Notes under the pieces: generated by a model
Database searches by the model: none
The model's input: only the letters and a program-made list of their open reading frames with translations
What the model was told of the DNA's origin: nothing
Assembly: GCA_963713615.1 (NCBI GenBank)
Contig: CAVQMM010000001.1
Coordinates: 3,808,001-3,872,000 of the forward strand
Length of the DNA stretch: 64,000 bases
Reading direction: 5' to 3'
From: an uncultured Chlamydiae bacterium
Lineage (GTDB): Bacteria; Chlamydiota; Chlamydiia; Chlamydiales; JAJFMA01
Part shown: in pieces, positions 11,029 through 20,545 of the stretch
How the letters are laid out: each line of letters starts with the position of its first letter
Position numbering within the stretch: the stretch's first letter is position 1
Translations under genes and position numbers: made by a program

Positions 11029-11508
11029 ATGAAACAAAAACAGTTGTGGATTTCGTTTGTTGTTTTTATCCTTCTTTGCTTTATTGTGGAGATCATTGGG
11101 GGTTTCTGGACAAGGGAAACCGTTTCGACATGGTATCCTACATTAGCCAAGCCTTCATGGACGCCACCGGATTGGGTTTTTGGGCCTGTTTGGACCTGTC
11201 TCTACATCATGATAGCTGTTTCTGGCTGGCTAATCTACCGAGCTGAATATTCGCATCAGCGGACGGTTGCATTGATGCTCTATGGTGTTCAATTCGCTCT
11301 GAATTTTATCTGGTCATTTCTCTTTTTCTCCTTACGCAGTCCTACCTTAGGATTGATCGATATCATCTTGCTTTGCTTATTCATCAGCCTAACGATCATT
11401 AAGGCTTGGTCGGTGCGGCCCATCGCTAGCCTTCTACTAGTTCCCTACTTGGTTTGGGTCCTCTATGCGACATCACTTAATGCTGGAATCTGGTTGCTGA
11501 ACAGATAA
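11029..11508 (+). CDS. tspO: TspO/MBR tryptophan-rich sensory protein
   Basis: WYPTLAKPSWTPPDWVFGPVWT, LNFIWSFLFF and PYLVWVLYATSLN signatures. Confidence 0.93.
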   Translation: MKQKQLWISFVVFILLCFIVEIIGGFWTRETVSTWYPTLAKPSWTPPDWVFGPVWTCLYIMIAVSGWLIYRAEYSHQRTVALMLYGVQFALNFIWSFLFFSLRSPTLGLIDIILLCLFISLTIIKAWSVRPIASLLLVPYLVWVLYATSLNAGIWLLNR

Positions 11509-11670
11509 ATGTGAAATCTCTTCGAGAGCTTTCATCTTGACTATTGGTAACCGTCCAAGGGCTCTGATATGCACGCATAAGGGGAGGTAACGGTGTCCCT
11601 CCTGTGAGCGTGCGTGATTTTGAAACAAGGTTGAGCGAAATTCGTGAGCAAACAACCAAGGAGGTTGCTC

Positions 11671-12039
11671 ATGAAAACTGCTACACTTTCGCTCGAACAA
11701 GTCGCTCAAGAATTTCATCGCGTTAGATCCCAAAAAAAGGGCCATCCACGCTTCTCCAAGGAGCTCTGGCAAGCTGCGTTCAATCTTACGATGACTTACT
11801 CTGTTGCTGAAATTGCATCTGCCATAGGCGTCTCTGTCCAGTACTTTAAGAAGCGCTTAGCGCGTGGAAAACAAACCATCCAAGATTTTGCTCAAGTACG
11901 CCCTCTACCTAGTGAATCCCATTCATTTGTTGAAATTACTCTTAAGCACCAAGCAGGGCCTCTTACTCTTCGCTGGACTGGGCCTGTTAAGGATCTGCCT
12001 GCCCTTATTAGTAAACTCTTTAGAGGGGAGTTCTCATGA
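11671..12039 (+). CDS. tnpA: IS66 accessory protein TnpA (HTH)
   Basis: Small HTH-like protein (RFSKELWQAA...VAEIASAIGVS); GGAGG before the ATG; ATGA overlap with tnpB. Confidence 0.75.
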   Translation: MKTATLSLEQVAQEFHRVRSQKKGHPRFSKELWQAAFNLTMTYSVAEIASAIGVSVQYFKKRLARGKQTIQDFAQVRPLPSESHSFVEITLKHQAGPLTLRWTGPVKDLPALISKLFRGEFS

Positions 12040-12392
12040 TTCAAATCACCCCTCAAATGGTTATCTATGTTGCTATTGCTCCTGTTGACTTTCGTAAAGG
12101 AATCGATGGCCTTGCATCCTGTTGTAAACAAATCTTAGGCAAAGATCCCTTTGGTGGTGCGGTTTTTCTCTTTCGAAACCGGTCTGTCAACTCTCTAAAG
12201 GTTTTAGTGTACGATGGACAGGGGTTTTGGCTCTGCATTAAACGTCTTTCAAAGGGAAGGTTTTCTTGGTGGCCTAAACCAGCAAGTGGCGGTGTTGAAG
12301 TGATTTTGGAGGCTCGTGAGCTCCAAACACTTCTGTGGAATGGAGACCCGGGTCTTGCCTGTTTTTCAGATACATGGCGAAAAATTGGATGA
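12036..12392 (+). CDS. tnpB: IS66 accessory protein TnpB
   Basis: PVDFRKGIDGL, FLFRNR and YDGQGFWLCIKRLSKGRFSW motifs. Confidence 0.95.
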   Translation: MIQITPQMVIYVAIAPVDFRKGIDGLASCCKQILGKDPFGGAVFLFRNRSVNSLKVLVYDGQGFWLCIKRLSKGRFSWWPKPASGGVEVILEARELQTLLWNGDPGLACFSDTWRKIG

Positions 12393-12440
12393 CAATATTG
12401 TTTTTTTATTTTCAAATAGATGCCCTGGGGATAGTTGAAG

Positions 12441-14048
12441 ATGGTAAAGCGACCTAAACGCATAGATTTTACTACAGAAGAGATTGAATCCCTCATTCAG
12501 AGGATCGAGAGTCAATCCCTTGATGTAGACGATTTTCCCTTGCTTGCCGATCTTGTGAGGGCAATGATATGGATGGAGGGATCTCTTCGAGAGCAGTCTT
12601 TGAGTATTGCAAGGCTCAAAGCTGTATTCGGAATAAAGACGGAAAGCGCACAGAAGTTAAAGAATCTACTGCGACCAAAAAAAAATGGAAGCGAGAAAGG
12701 GAAGAACACTTCTGAGGATACTTCAAACGAGAAGCCTTCTGATGCAGGTCCGGCAAAAGGGCACGGGCATCGACCAGCAAGCGATTATCAAGAAGCGCAG
12801 CTCATAAAAGTAGCCCACGAGGTCCTTAAAAAGGGCTCTACCTGTCCTGCGTGTGATAAAGGCAAATTATTCAATCTGGCTGCCGGAACGGTGCTTCGCA
12901 TTGTGGGGCAACCCTGGTTAAATGTGCATATCTACAAACCTGAAAGACTTCGCTGTCCTATTTGCCAACAGGTGTTCACCGCTAGACTACCCGAAGAGCT
13001 CTACACTGGATCAAGAATCGATAAGTCAGCTAAGGCTATTGTCTCGATTCTTAAATATCGCGGTGGCATGCCTTTCTATCGTCAAGAGCAAATACAGACC
13101 ATTTTGGGCAACCCTATTTCAGATACGGAAATTTGGGGGATGACCCATGATGTTGCAGAGTGTATGGAGCCCGTTTTCATAGAACTTTGCCAACTCGCCG
13201 CCAACTGTGAATGCCTTCACAACGACGATACGATGGCAAGAGTGCTTAGCCTTATGAAGGAAAACGAAGTAGCCAATCCAGAAAGGAAGGGAATATTCAC
13301 AACAGGCATTCTTGGAAAAGCACACGACCAAGAGATCGCCTTGTTTTTTACTGGAAGACAGCACGCAGGAGAAAATTTAAAAGATCTTTTGGATATGCGT
13401 GACGAGACTCTTCCAGTACCGATACAAGCTTGTGACGCTTTGTCGAGGAACATTCCAAAGAACCATTCCACTCAACTAGCCTATTGTAATGCCCATGCAC
13501 GACGTAATTTTTATGAAATCGCGTCGTACTGGCCTAATGAGTGCGTTAATGTAGTCTCGTCGTTTGACTTAGTATTTCTGAACGACAAAATAGCAAAAAA
13601 AGAAAGCCTGACCCCTGAAGATAGGCTAAAGTGGCACCAAGACAAAAGTGCTCCGATCATGAACAAGATGAGAGCCTATTGCAAAGACCTTATAGACTCC
13701 AAGCAAATAGAGCCCAATAGCAGTTTTGGGAGGGCTATTCAGTATCTTGATAATCACTGGGAGGGGCTGACCCTGTTCTTACGTATTCCTGGAGTTCCAA
13801 TCTCAAACAATGACAACGAACGTCAACTCAAAAGAGCTGTCCTTAATCGTAAGAACGCCTATTTTTTCAAAAATGAAACTGGAGCCAAAATTGCTGATAT
13901 TCTGATGAGTGTCATCGAAACCTGCGCTCTAAATAAGATCAATCCCTATAACTATCTCATAACAATCCAAAAGAATACTGAAAGTGTTTTAGAGAATCCC
14001 AAGGCTTGGTTGCCCTGGAATTATTCACACAACCTTGCTCCTCCTTAA
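12441..14048 (+). CDS. tnpC: IS66 DDE transposase TnpC
   Basis: CxxC zinc motifs, LHNDDT, CNAHARR and NNDNERQLK motifs. Confidence 0.95.
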   Translation: MVKRPKRIDFTTEEIESLIQRIESQSLDVDDFPLLADLVRAMIWMEGSLREQSLSIARLKAVFGIKTESAQKLKNLLRPKKNGSEKGKNTSEDTSNEKPSDAGPAKGHGHRPASDYQEAQLIKVAHEVLKKGSTCPACDKGKLFNLAAGTVLRIVGQPWLNVHIYKPERLRCPICQQVFTARLPEELYTGSRIDKSAKAIVSILKYRGGMPFYRQEQIQTILGNPISDTEIWGMTHDVAECMEPVFIELCQLAANCECLHNDDTMARVLSLMKENEVANPERKGIFTTGILGKAHDQEIALFFTGRQHAGENLKDLLDMRDETLPVPIQACDALSRNIPKNHSTQLAYCNAHARRNFYEIASYWPNECVNVVSSFDLVFLNDKIAKKESLTPEDRLKWHQDKSAPIMNKMRAYCKDLIDSKQIEPNSSFGRAIQYLDNHWEGLTLFLRIPGVPISNNDNERQLKRAVLNRKNAYFFKNETGAKIADILMSVIETCALNKINPYNYLITIQKNTESVLENPKAWLPWNYSHNLAPP

Positions 14049-14461
14049 TGAGCGATCTCGCCAGCAATTTCTAACTCTTCCTCTTCCACATGATGGATCT
14101 TGGCCGTTAAGTCCTTTAAGATCTCCTCGACGAGTTCTTCCAGAATTTTTGCATACCGCAAAAATTCAGGCCAAAGCACCTCTTCCATCAAATTTTTAGA
14201 AATCATCACATGAGCTGTAGTGCGCTTTTGGCGTGCATATCGATAGGTTTTATAACCATGTTTGGAGCAGAGCGTTGCAAAGAGCCGTCTTTTCCATGGA
14301 CTATCCAGAGAGATCTTGTACTCGATGGGCCGACTGGTGTGTATATCGGAAATTCTGGCTAAGATTCGTTGCTTGGCAAGCTCGGCTGCGTGGCGTTCTC
14401 CCTCAGAGGAAGCACGTTGAAGGAGCGCCTCGACTTTAGCCAATTTATCCAGATAGGACAT
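14045..14461 (-). CDS. IS-borne hypothetical protein with a DUF2786-like N-terminus
   Basis: LDKLAKVEALL.RASSEGERHAA; lies inside the right TIR and converges on tnpC; AGGAG upstream. Confidence 0.75.
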   Translation of the reverse strand: MSYLDKLAKVEALLQRASSEGERHAAELAKQRILARISDIHTSRPIEYKISLDSPWKRRLFATLCSKHGYKTYRYARQKRTTAHVMISKNLMEEVLWPEFLRYAKILEELVEEILKDLTAKIHHVEEEELEIAGEIAH

Positions 14462-14841
14462 GATACTCTCCTACGTTAATGAGGGGTATCATGCCATGGC
14501 GGAATATTTTATTTCACGCACGCTCACGGAAGGGACACGGTAACGACGCTAGCGTGAAAGAATCCGCGCCCGACCTAAAAACTGTGGCTTCCCACGTTGT
14601 CGATTTCGTTTCCTCCGAGCCCGAGCGCGCGTGCGCAGGCTATTACCCATAAGTAGTATTAGGATGCGCGTGCGTGCCTGGGCTCGGATTTCTTAAACGG
14701 TTGCCAGAAGCATAGAGGTAATTACCTCCCTAGGTCGTTTTTTTCTCAATTGACATCATATTGCGTATACTTTAATATATTCAATATAGTTTGCTATATA
14801 TAATGTCTGATGTCAAAAAAATGAGAAAAGGAAATTGTTAC

Positions 14842-16191
14842 ATGGGACAAGATTCTCAAAAATCACTTCTCTTAGAGCTGACTCCTTGTGTAGAAGGACC
14901 GGTTTATCTTCCATGCAGCGAAGGTTATGCATCAGAAATTGCAGCCTACAATACCGCTGTTGTGCATACCCCGGAGATTGTTGTCGGTGCAGCGTCAGAC
15001 ACTGATATTGTCGAAACGGTGCGTTTAGCTCGGCGTTATGGTTATGCTGTCGCTGTGCAGAGTACCGGGCATGGAGCAATGGAAGCAATTACTGCAGGCG
15101 TGCTCATTTCTACTAGGCGCCTGGATCAAGTAAGTGTTGACGTTGATACATCTACAGCAACAATTGCTGCCGGGGTCAGATGGAACACAGTATTCGAAGC
15201 TGGAGCCCAACACGATTTAACCCCGATCGCAGGTTCTTCAAAGGACGTAGGAGTCGTAGGCTATATTTTGGGTGGAGGAGTGGGGCCACTTGCGCGCAGC
15301 CATGGGTTTAGTTCCGACTATCTGACTAGAATTACCCTCGTCACAAGCTCGGGCGAGCTTGTTAAAGCCAGTGTAACAGAAAATCCCGATTTGTTTTGGG
15401 CGTTGAGGGGAGGAAAAGTAGGTTTAGGCATTGTGACAGAAGTTCAGATGCGCCTCGTCAAATTAGATAGTCTGTATGCAGGATCGCTCACCTTCGAAGA
15501 AAAGGATATAGAGGCCGCACTGCGCGCTTGGGCAGATTGGACGAGGCAGGCCGATCCGCGCGTGACCACAAGCGTGGCGATTGTGTGTTTTCCTGCATTT
15601 GCCGCTATACCGGAAAAGTTTCGGGGGCGTCGTTTGCTGACACTCCGGTTTGCATTTCCGGGATCTGTGGATGAAGGTATCCGCTTAGCGGCTCCTCTTC
15701 GTGCCTGTGCGCCGGTCTATGTGGATATGTTAGGGGAATTGCCTCCATCTGAAATGGGACGAATCCACAATGACCCGAGCAATCCAATGCCTTTTTGGGC
15801 AAGTGGTGTATTGCTACATCATATCGATCAAGACGTGGTATCTGCAGTATTGGATGAAATGGGTGCGGGCAGAGATACGCTGTTTTCTGCGCTTGAGATC
15901 CGTCATATTGGAGGTGCTACCTGTCATGATGTGAAAGAAGGTTCAGCTGTTGGCGGCCGTTCAGCTGAATTTGTATTTAGCCTCGTTGGCAAGGGTCCAA
16001 AACAATTGGAGGAGGCATTTTCGACGAAAGCAGATCAGCTTTTTCATACTCTGCGTCGCTGGACTTCTGAAGAAGGTAACATCAATTTGATGGGAAAATC
16101 GATCTTGGGTAAGCATTTTACGCATATGTGGCCTCCTGAAATATTAAAAAAATTAAAAGAAGTTCAGAAAAGGTATTACTTTAATTCTTAA
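14842..16191 (+). CDS. FAD-linked oxidoreductase (berberine-bridge/6-HDNO-like, FAD_binding_4)
   Basis: VQSTGHG, VGVVGYILGGG.G and NPDLFWALRGG motifs. Start uncertain. Confidence 0.9.
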   Translation: MGQDSQKSLLLELTPCVEGPVYLPCSEGYASEIAAYNTAVVHTPEIVVGAASDTDIVETVRLARRYGYAVAVQSTGHGAMEAITAGVLISTRRLDQVSVDVDTSTATIAAGVRWNTVFEAGAQHDLTPIAGSSKDVGVVGYILGGGVGPLARSHGFSSDYLTRITLVTSSGELVKASVTENPDLFWALRGGKVGLGIVTEVQMRLVKLDSLYAGSLTFEEKDIEAALRAWADWTRQADPRVTTSVAIVCFPAFAAIPEKFRGRRLLTLRFAFPGSVDEGIRLAAPLRACAPVYVDMLGELPPSEMGRIHNDPSNPMPFWASGVLLHHIDQDVVSAVLDEMGAGRDTLFSALEIRHIGGATCHDVKEGSAVGGRSAEFVFSLVGKGPKQLEEAFSTKADQLFHTLRRWTSEEGNINLMGKSILGKHFTHMWPPEILKKLKEVQKRYYFNS

Positions 16192-16380
16192 GCAAAGTCG
16201 TATGATTCCTGAGTGCTATAGAAGGTTGAAACGTGCTCTACTTCGAACCTTTTATGTAAGAAATATTAGTTCTTACAAAATATTGGTGTGTTTTTCAATA
16301 AAGCCCTCACAATCGTATCTCGGCGCGTAGCGCTTTGGAGCCCAAGCGATTGCGTCGTTAATATCCGAAAGTAATGAGGC

Positions 16381-16534
16381 TTCCTATGTGGCGCAGTCAT
16401 TCCATGACTGCGGATGGGCCTTCTCCTACATAACCTCATGAAAAGCAATCCGTTGCAAGCAAAACAACGTCCCATGTGAAGCAAACAGAAGTTGTTTCAA
16501 CTCGCAGTCATGGAATGACTGCGCCACATAGGAA
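16381..16534. repeat. REPIN-like doublet of REP family 2 (TTCCTATGTGGCGCAGTCATTCCATGACTGCG)
   Basis: Two inverted copies, each with an internal hairpin; related single copies at ~9100-9127 and ~24565-24594. Confidence 0.8.
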
Positions 16535-16718
16535 ATTGCGCCAGCCAACCTTTTGAGTCGGTGATTTTCCGCTGCTCGCCAACCTTGTTAAAGCGATGGT
16601 TTGGATGGAGAGCAAGTGAAAATACAAAAACTCTGGTAAAATATTTTATTTTACCGTATGCCTTTCAACTTATGTTTTATACAGTTCTCTTTACCAAAAG
16701 CAAAAAGGGGTACCAAGG

Positions 16719-18806
16719 ATGAAACGCTTTTTCTCAAGTGTTTTTAAATGTCTTTCCTTACTCTCGCTGTCGCTCACCCTACACGTAGGTGCTGTACCGG
16801 CTGCAACGTTAACATCTCCTCTTGTACGACTCTCGGGGAATGTTCCAAACATGGCATCGATCCATGCACATTTCTTAGAAAAGCTTGATGCCAGTACAAA
16901 TGTTCCTGTGACTTTCGTTTTGCCGCTGCGCAACCAGCAGGAACTGGAAGAACTATTACAACGTATTCATGATCCTGCCGATCAGGAACATTACGGTAGG
17001 TATCTTACCTCTGAAGAGTTTATCGAGCGGTTTTCTCCCACTCAGGAAGATTATGATAAAGTTATTGCTTATGCAAAAACAGTAGGCTTGACTGTTCGCA
17101 ACGCACACTCTAATCGCACGCTACTGAATGTTGTAGGGCGAGCACGATCCATTGAAGGGGCTTTTAATCTCCGCCTTAGCAAGTATGAGACGCCTCAAGG
17201 TCGGAAATTTTATGCTCCCAATAACAACCCTGAAGTGCCAGCGGCCATTGCCTCCATCATTAGTGGAGTCGTGGGGTTGGATAACCTTGCAGTATGGCGT
17301 CCGTTTAACCAACGAAAACAGATACCAGCAGAGCTGGAGTTGGATGCAACACCCAACACATCCCCTTCGGGTCCTGGAGGAGGCTATTCTCCTGCTGATA
17401 TCGTGACGGCTTATAACCTCACAGGGGTATCAGCTAATGGATCTGGTCAGGTCATTGCTCTGTTTGAGCTTGCGGGATATCAAGTCAGCGACATCAATAC
17501 ATATACGACCCAGTTTGGTTTACCTGCCGCTAAGTTGCAGAATATTTTAGTTGATGGTGGTTCCAGCAGTGGTATTGATGGCGAAGTCACTCTTGACATC
17601 GAGCTTGCACTTGCGTTAGCACCAGAAAGTCAGATTTACGTCTACGAAGGCCCTAATTCGAATCAAGGCGTTTTGGATACATACAATCGGATTGCTACAG
17701 ACAACATTGCCAAGCAAGTGAGTACTTCCTGGGGAATGGCAGAAGATCTAGTGAGTTCTCAGTATTTTCAAGCTGAAAACGCTATTTTTCAACAGATGGC
17801 AGCACAGGGGCAGACCATTTATGCTGCTGCTGGCGATAGCGGAGCCTACGATGATCCAAACAAGACCACTCCTGTGGTCGATGATCCCGCTTCTCAGCCC
17901 TACGTTGTTGCTGTAGGGGGGACTAGCCTTACAGTAGATCCAAACACCGGAGCCTACCAAAGTGAAACGTGCTGGGATAATGGCGCGGGTAATGGAGCTG
18001 GCGGAGGTGGTGTCAGTGCCGTTTGGCCAATTCCTTCGTGGCAAGCAGGTTTATCTACTGCCTCTTCACAGACGAATCGAAACGTTCCCGATGTTTCGCT
18101 CAACGCGGATCCAAATACAGGCTATTCTATTTACTACGATGGTCAGTGGACGTTATTTGGAGGGACGAGTTGCGCGGCACCTCTTTGGGCTGCTTTTACT
18201 GCTCTTGTAAACCAAGAGAGAGTAGCCAGTCAAAAGGCGGTATTAGGCTTTGCTAATCCCATCATTTATTCGCTTGCTGCTGGACCTTCGTATGAAGTGG
18301 ATTTTAATGATGTGACAACGGGTAATAATTTATATTATTCCGCTCAGGTGGGTTATGATAATGCGACGGGATGGGGCTCTTTTAATGGTGCAAATTTGTA
18401 TGCAAGCCTAATAAATGCTGCACCAGTGTCTCAAACTTCTCAGCTTTCACCTCTTTTGAATATTGCCCTGACACACAGAGTCTCCTTTAACAAAGGACAA
18501 ATCGGTGCCTATTACATTGAAGTTTCTAATCACGGCAACGAGCCGGCCTCCGGGGTAGTAACCGTGGCGGTTACTCTTCCAAAAAGCCTTATATATCACT
18601 CATTCAGTGGTTTGGGATGGACTTTTAACAAAGCAACATTAACGTTTTCGCGCGATAGCACACTGACCCCCGGTTCAAGCTATCCACCGATAATATTGTA
18701 CGTGGATGTGAAGCATGGTGCGCCGAATTCGGTGACTACAAAAGCCGTCCTATCAGGCGGTGGGTCGGTTGCCAGCACGGTCACGAATTCAACTCCTATC
18801 AAGTAA
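16719..18806 (+). CDS. Secreted S53 (sedolisin/kumamolisin) peptidase with activation propeptide and C-terminal DUF11-like Ig domain
   Basis: Signal peptide; EVTLDIE, AAGDSG, RNVPDVS, GGTSCAAP and YDNATGWGS motifs. Confidence 0.93.
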   Translation: MKRFFSSVFKCLSLLSLSLTLHVGAVPAATLTSPLVRLSGNVPNMASIHAHFLEKLDASTNVPVTFVLPLRNQQELEELLQRIHDPADQEHYGRYLTSEEFIERFSPTQEDYDKVIAYAKTVGLTVRNAHSNRTLLNVVGRARSIEGAFNLRLSKYETPQGRKFYAPNNNPEVPAAIASIISGVVGLDNLAVWRPFNQRKQIPAELELDATPNTSPSGPGGGYSPADIVTAYNLTGVSANGSGQVIALFELAGYQVSDINTYTTQFGLPAAKLQNILVDGGSSSGIDGEVTLDIELALALAPESQIYVYEGPNSNQGVLDTYNRIATDNIAKQVSTSWGMAEDLVSSQYFQAENAIFQQMAAQGQTIYAAAGDSGAYDDPNKTTPVVDDPASQPYVVAVGGTSLTVDPNTGAYQSETCWDNGAGNGAGGGGVSAVWPIPSWQAGLSTASSQTNRNVPDVSLNADPNTGYSIYYDGQWTLFGGTSCAAPLWAAFTALVNQERVASQKAVLGFANPIIYSLAAGPSYEVDFNDVTTGNNLYYSAQVGYDNATGWGSFNGANLYASLINAAPVSQTSQLSPLLNIALTHRVSFNKGQIGAYYIEVSNHGNEPASGVVTVAVTLPKSLIYHSFSGLGWTFNKATLTFSRDSTLTPGSSYPPIILYVDVKHGAPNSVTTKAVLSGGGSVASTVTNSTPIK

Positions 18807-19202
18807 CAAATGGTTGTCCCGCGGTCAAAATGACCGCGGGATCTATACTATAGACCTGTTTTTCAAGTCTTTGCAGGTCTGGACTAGCCATAGTAGCATC
18901 ACTGCAGCCTTCCCACCGTCTTAAACATGCAGCGCGCGCTTTCATGCATCTTCTACATCTTCCTGCTGCACCAGTCACAATTTTTATCCCTAGGCTTATT
19001 CCCGTCCTAAACGACCGACTTGGATTGACTGAACAATGGGTAAAACATAGCATTATAAACAAACTGACGACATTTGTTAGCCAGAGTGTAAACTTCGACC
19101 CATGGGAATTAGTCGATGTAATTATCCTGGGGATTCTTCAGAGTGATTAACCTAAGAGTGTTAACTATTACCTGAAAAGTTCACGAACCTGCGCAGGATG
19201 GT

Positions 19203-19276
19203 GTGTAGAGTAGAAAAAGATCGGAGGAGGAAGGATTCGAACCTTCGTCACCAGTGCTGGTGAATCTGTTTTCGAG
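19203..19276 (-). repeat. att site: duplicated 3' half of tRNA-Ser(CGA) plus downstream flank
   Basis: Matches 21484-21557; similarity stops at the anticodon loop. Confidence 0.9.
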
Positions 19277-19355
19277 TCCGTGCTATTTCTACACTGTCCA
19301 ACACTGTACAAAACACAACAACAGAAAAATCAGTGAGTTACAAACTGCTCGATTG

Positions 19356-19424
19356 TTGCTCACGATTGCCACTTGCTGCTGCTTTTCGGCCAACATAGTG
19401 ACATGACAGAGACATCATGTCAAC
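19356..19424 (-). promoter_or_regulatory. Copy 1 of a ~69-bp module: sigma70-like TTGACA-N17-CACTAT with overlapping palindrome TGACATGA-N8-TCATGTCA
   Basis: Imperfect direct repeat of 21313-21381. Confidence 0.55.
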
Positions 19425-19517
19425 GCTTCAAAATCAAAGAAATGCTTCTTTGTCAAAATCGAGAATTGTGGGGATTTTTTATCATCGAGAAGAGGGACCA
19501 AACGAGAGGGCTCTGGA

Positions 19518-20108
19518 TCAGTCTAATGGAGTTTCGATTTTGCGTCTCAGGGTGTCAATCTTATCCTGAATGTTCTCGATGTGCTTTTGTAGGGATGTGC
19601 CATTGGGTTCAATATTCATCAAGCAATTTTGTAATTGCTTTTTTTGACGCTCTAAATCATCTATCCATTTAACACATAGCGTTCGGTCTTTTCGAAGCTG
19701 AATGCGTTGAGGGGCGTTGAGGCGAAGTCTATTAATGTTCCAAATCGCTGCTTTGGTCTTTGCCACCCATTCTGGATTAGTGCGATCATAGTGTTGGTCG
19801 AAATCATGGTTACAAGGATTTAGGATGAAGTGCTGAAGCAATCGCATGAGAGGAGTCGGCCAAAAGTCACTTTTGAAGATATTACATCTGCTACAAGAAT
19901 AAAATAGATTTAAATAGTTACTGCTTTCTGAGGGGAATCGTTTTTTTGGCTTGTAATGGTCGATATGGAACTTTCCACTACCGCCATCTTCCGCTTCATG
20001 AGTGTCACAATAAGCACATCGGTGGCTAAAATCGATTCTTAGAAATTGCTTGTAAGTTCGATAGTCAACGGAAAAGGGAGGTGATTGATTTCGCTTTTTT
20101 AAAGCCAT
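19518..20108 (-). CDS. HNH endonuclease (TIGR02646/PtuB-like) with C-terminal coiled coil
   Basis: RCAYC...FHIDHYKPK...YLNLFYSCSRCN.FK and ILNPC motifs. Confidence 0.88.
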   Translation of the reverse strand: MALKKRNQSPPFSVDYRTYKQFLRIDFSHRCAYCDTHEAEDGGSGKFHIDHYKPKKRFPSESSNYLNLFYSCSRCNIFKSDFWPTPLMRLLQHFILNPCNHDFDQHYDRTNPEWVAKTKAAIWNINRLRLNAPQRIQLRKDRTLCVKWIDDLERQKKQLQNCLMNIEPNGTSLQKHIENIQDKIDTLRRKIETPLD

Positions 20109-20545
20109 TATCCAACAATATTCCTCCTAGAATTGTACTTTTGGATGAGCTCTTCATTGTCATTTATAAGGTTTTCTATAGCAGTGGCAGTTCTTTCCCG
20201 ATCATCCCTTTGAAGTGCAATTATCTGATATTCGATTTGATCAAGTTGCTTATCAATTACTTCGAGCTCTCTTTTTTTGCCAGGTCTTAGAAATAATAAT
20301 ATGGAATCCAATAATTTTGTTCTTTTTTCAATTAATTGCTGTTGAGTTTGATATAGTTCCTCAATCTTAACATGCGGGAGAGCTGGCAATGTTGTGGGGG
20401 TAAAATTGGATTCGAATGTTTGTGCCAAGTTTGGTCTTTCTGATCGTAAGTCAGCTTCTTCCCTATATAGATATCTCTGAGTGACAACGAGGTATTGTGC
20501 TTGCGGATATCGCTTAAAGGTGTCGATATTTTCAAATTCAATCAT
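20108..20545 (-). CDS. Hypothetical coiled-coil protein
   Basis: 145 aa, helical and charged; overlaps both neighbours (ATGA and TAATG junctions). Confidence 0.75.
   Translation of the reverse strand: MIEFENIDTFKRYPQAQYLVVTQRYLYREEADLRSERPNLAQTFESNFTPTTLPALPHVKIEELYQTQQQLIEKRTKLLDSILLFLRPGKKRELEVIDKQLDQIEYQIIALQRDDRERTATAIENLINDNEELIQKYNSRRNIVG

Larger units (their letters stand above)
11593..14538 (+). mobile_element. IS66-family element with a passenger gene
   Basis: tnpA-tnpB-tnpC; 25-bp TIRs (11593-11617 and 14514-14538, 2 mismatches); 7-bp direct repeat GGTAACG at 11586-11592 and 14539-14545. Confidence 0.88.

Noticed and set aside
16140..16191. FAD oxidase as a truncated pseudogene (lacks the usual terminal DP.N.F)
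   Set aside because: Only a few terminal residues differ and I saw no out-of-frame continuation; evidence is insufficient.
18799..19150. Short ORFs next to the att site as an integrase remnant
   Set aside because: No tyrosine- or serine-recombinase motifs visible.
19222..19276. Third tRNA-Ser gene
   Set aside because: Only the 3' half is present (no D arm or 5' acceptor strand); it is an att remnant.
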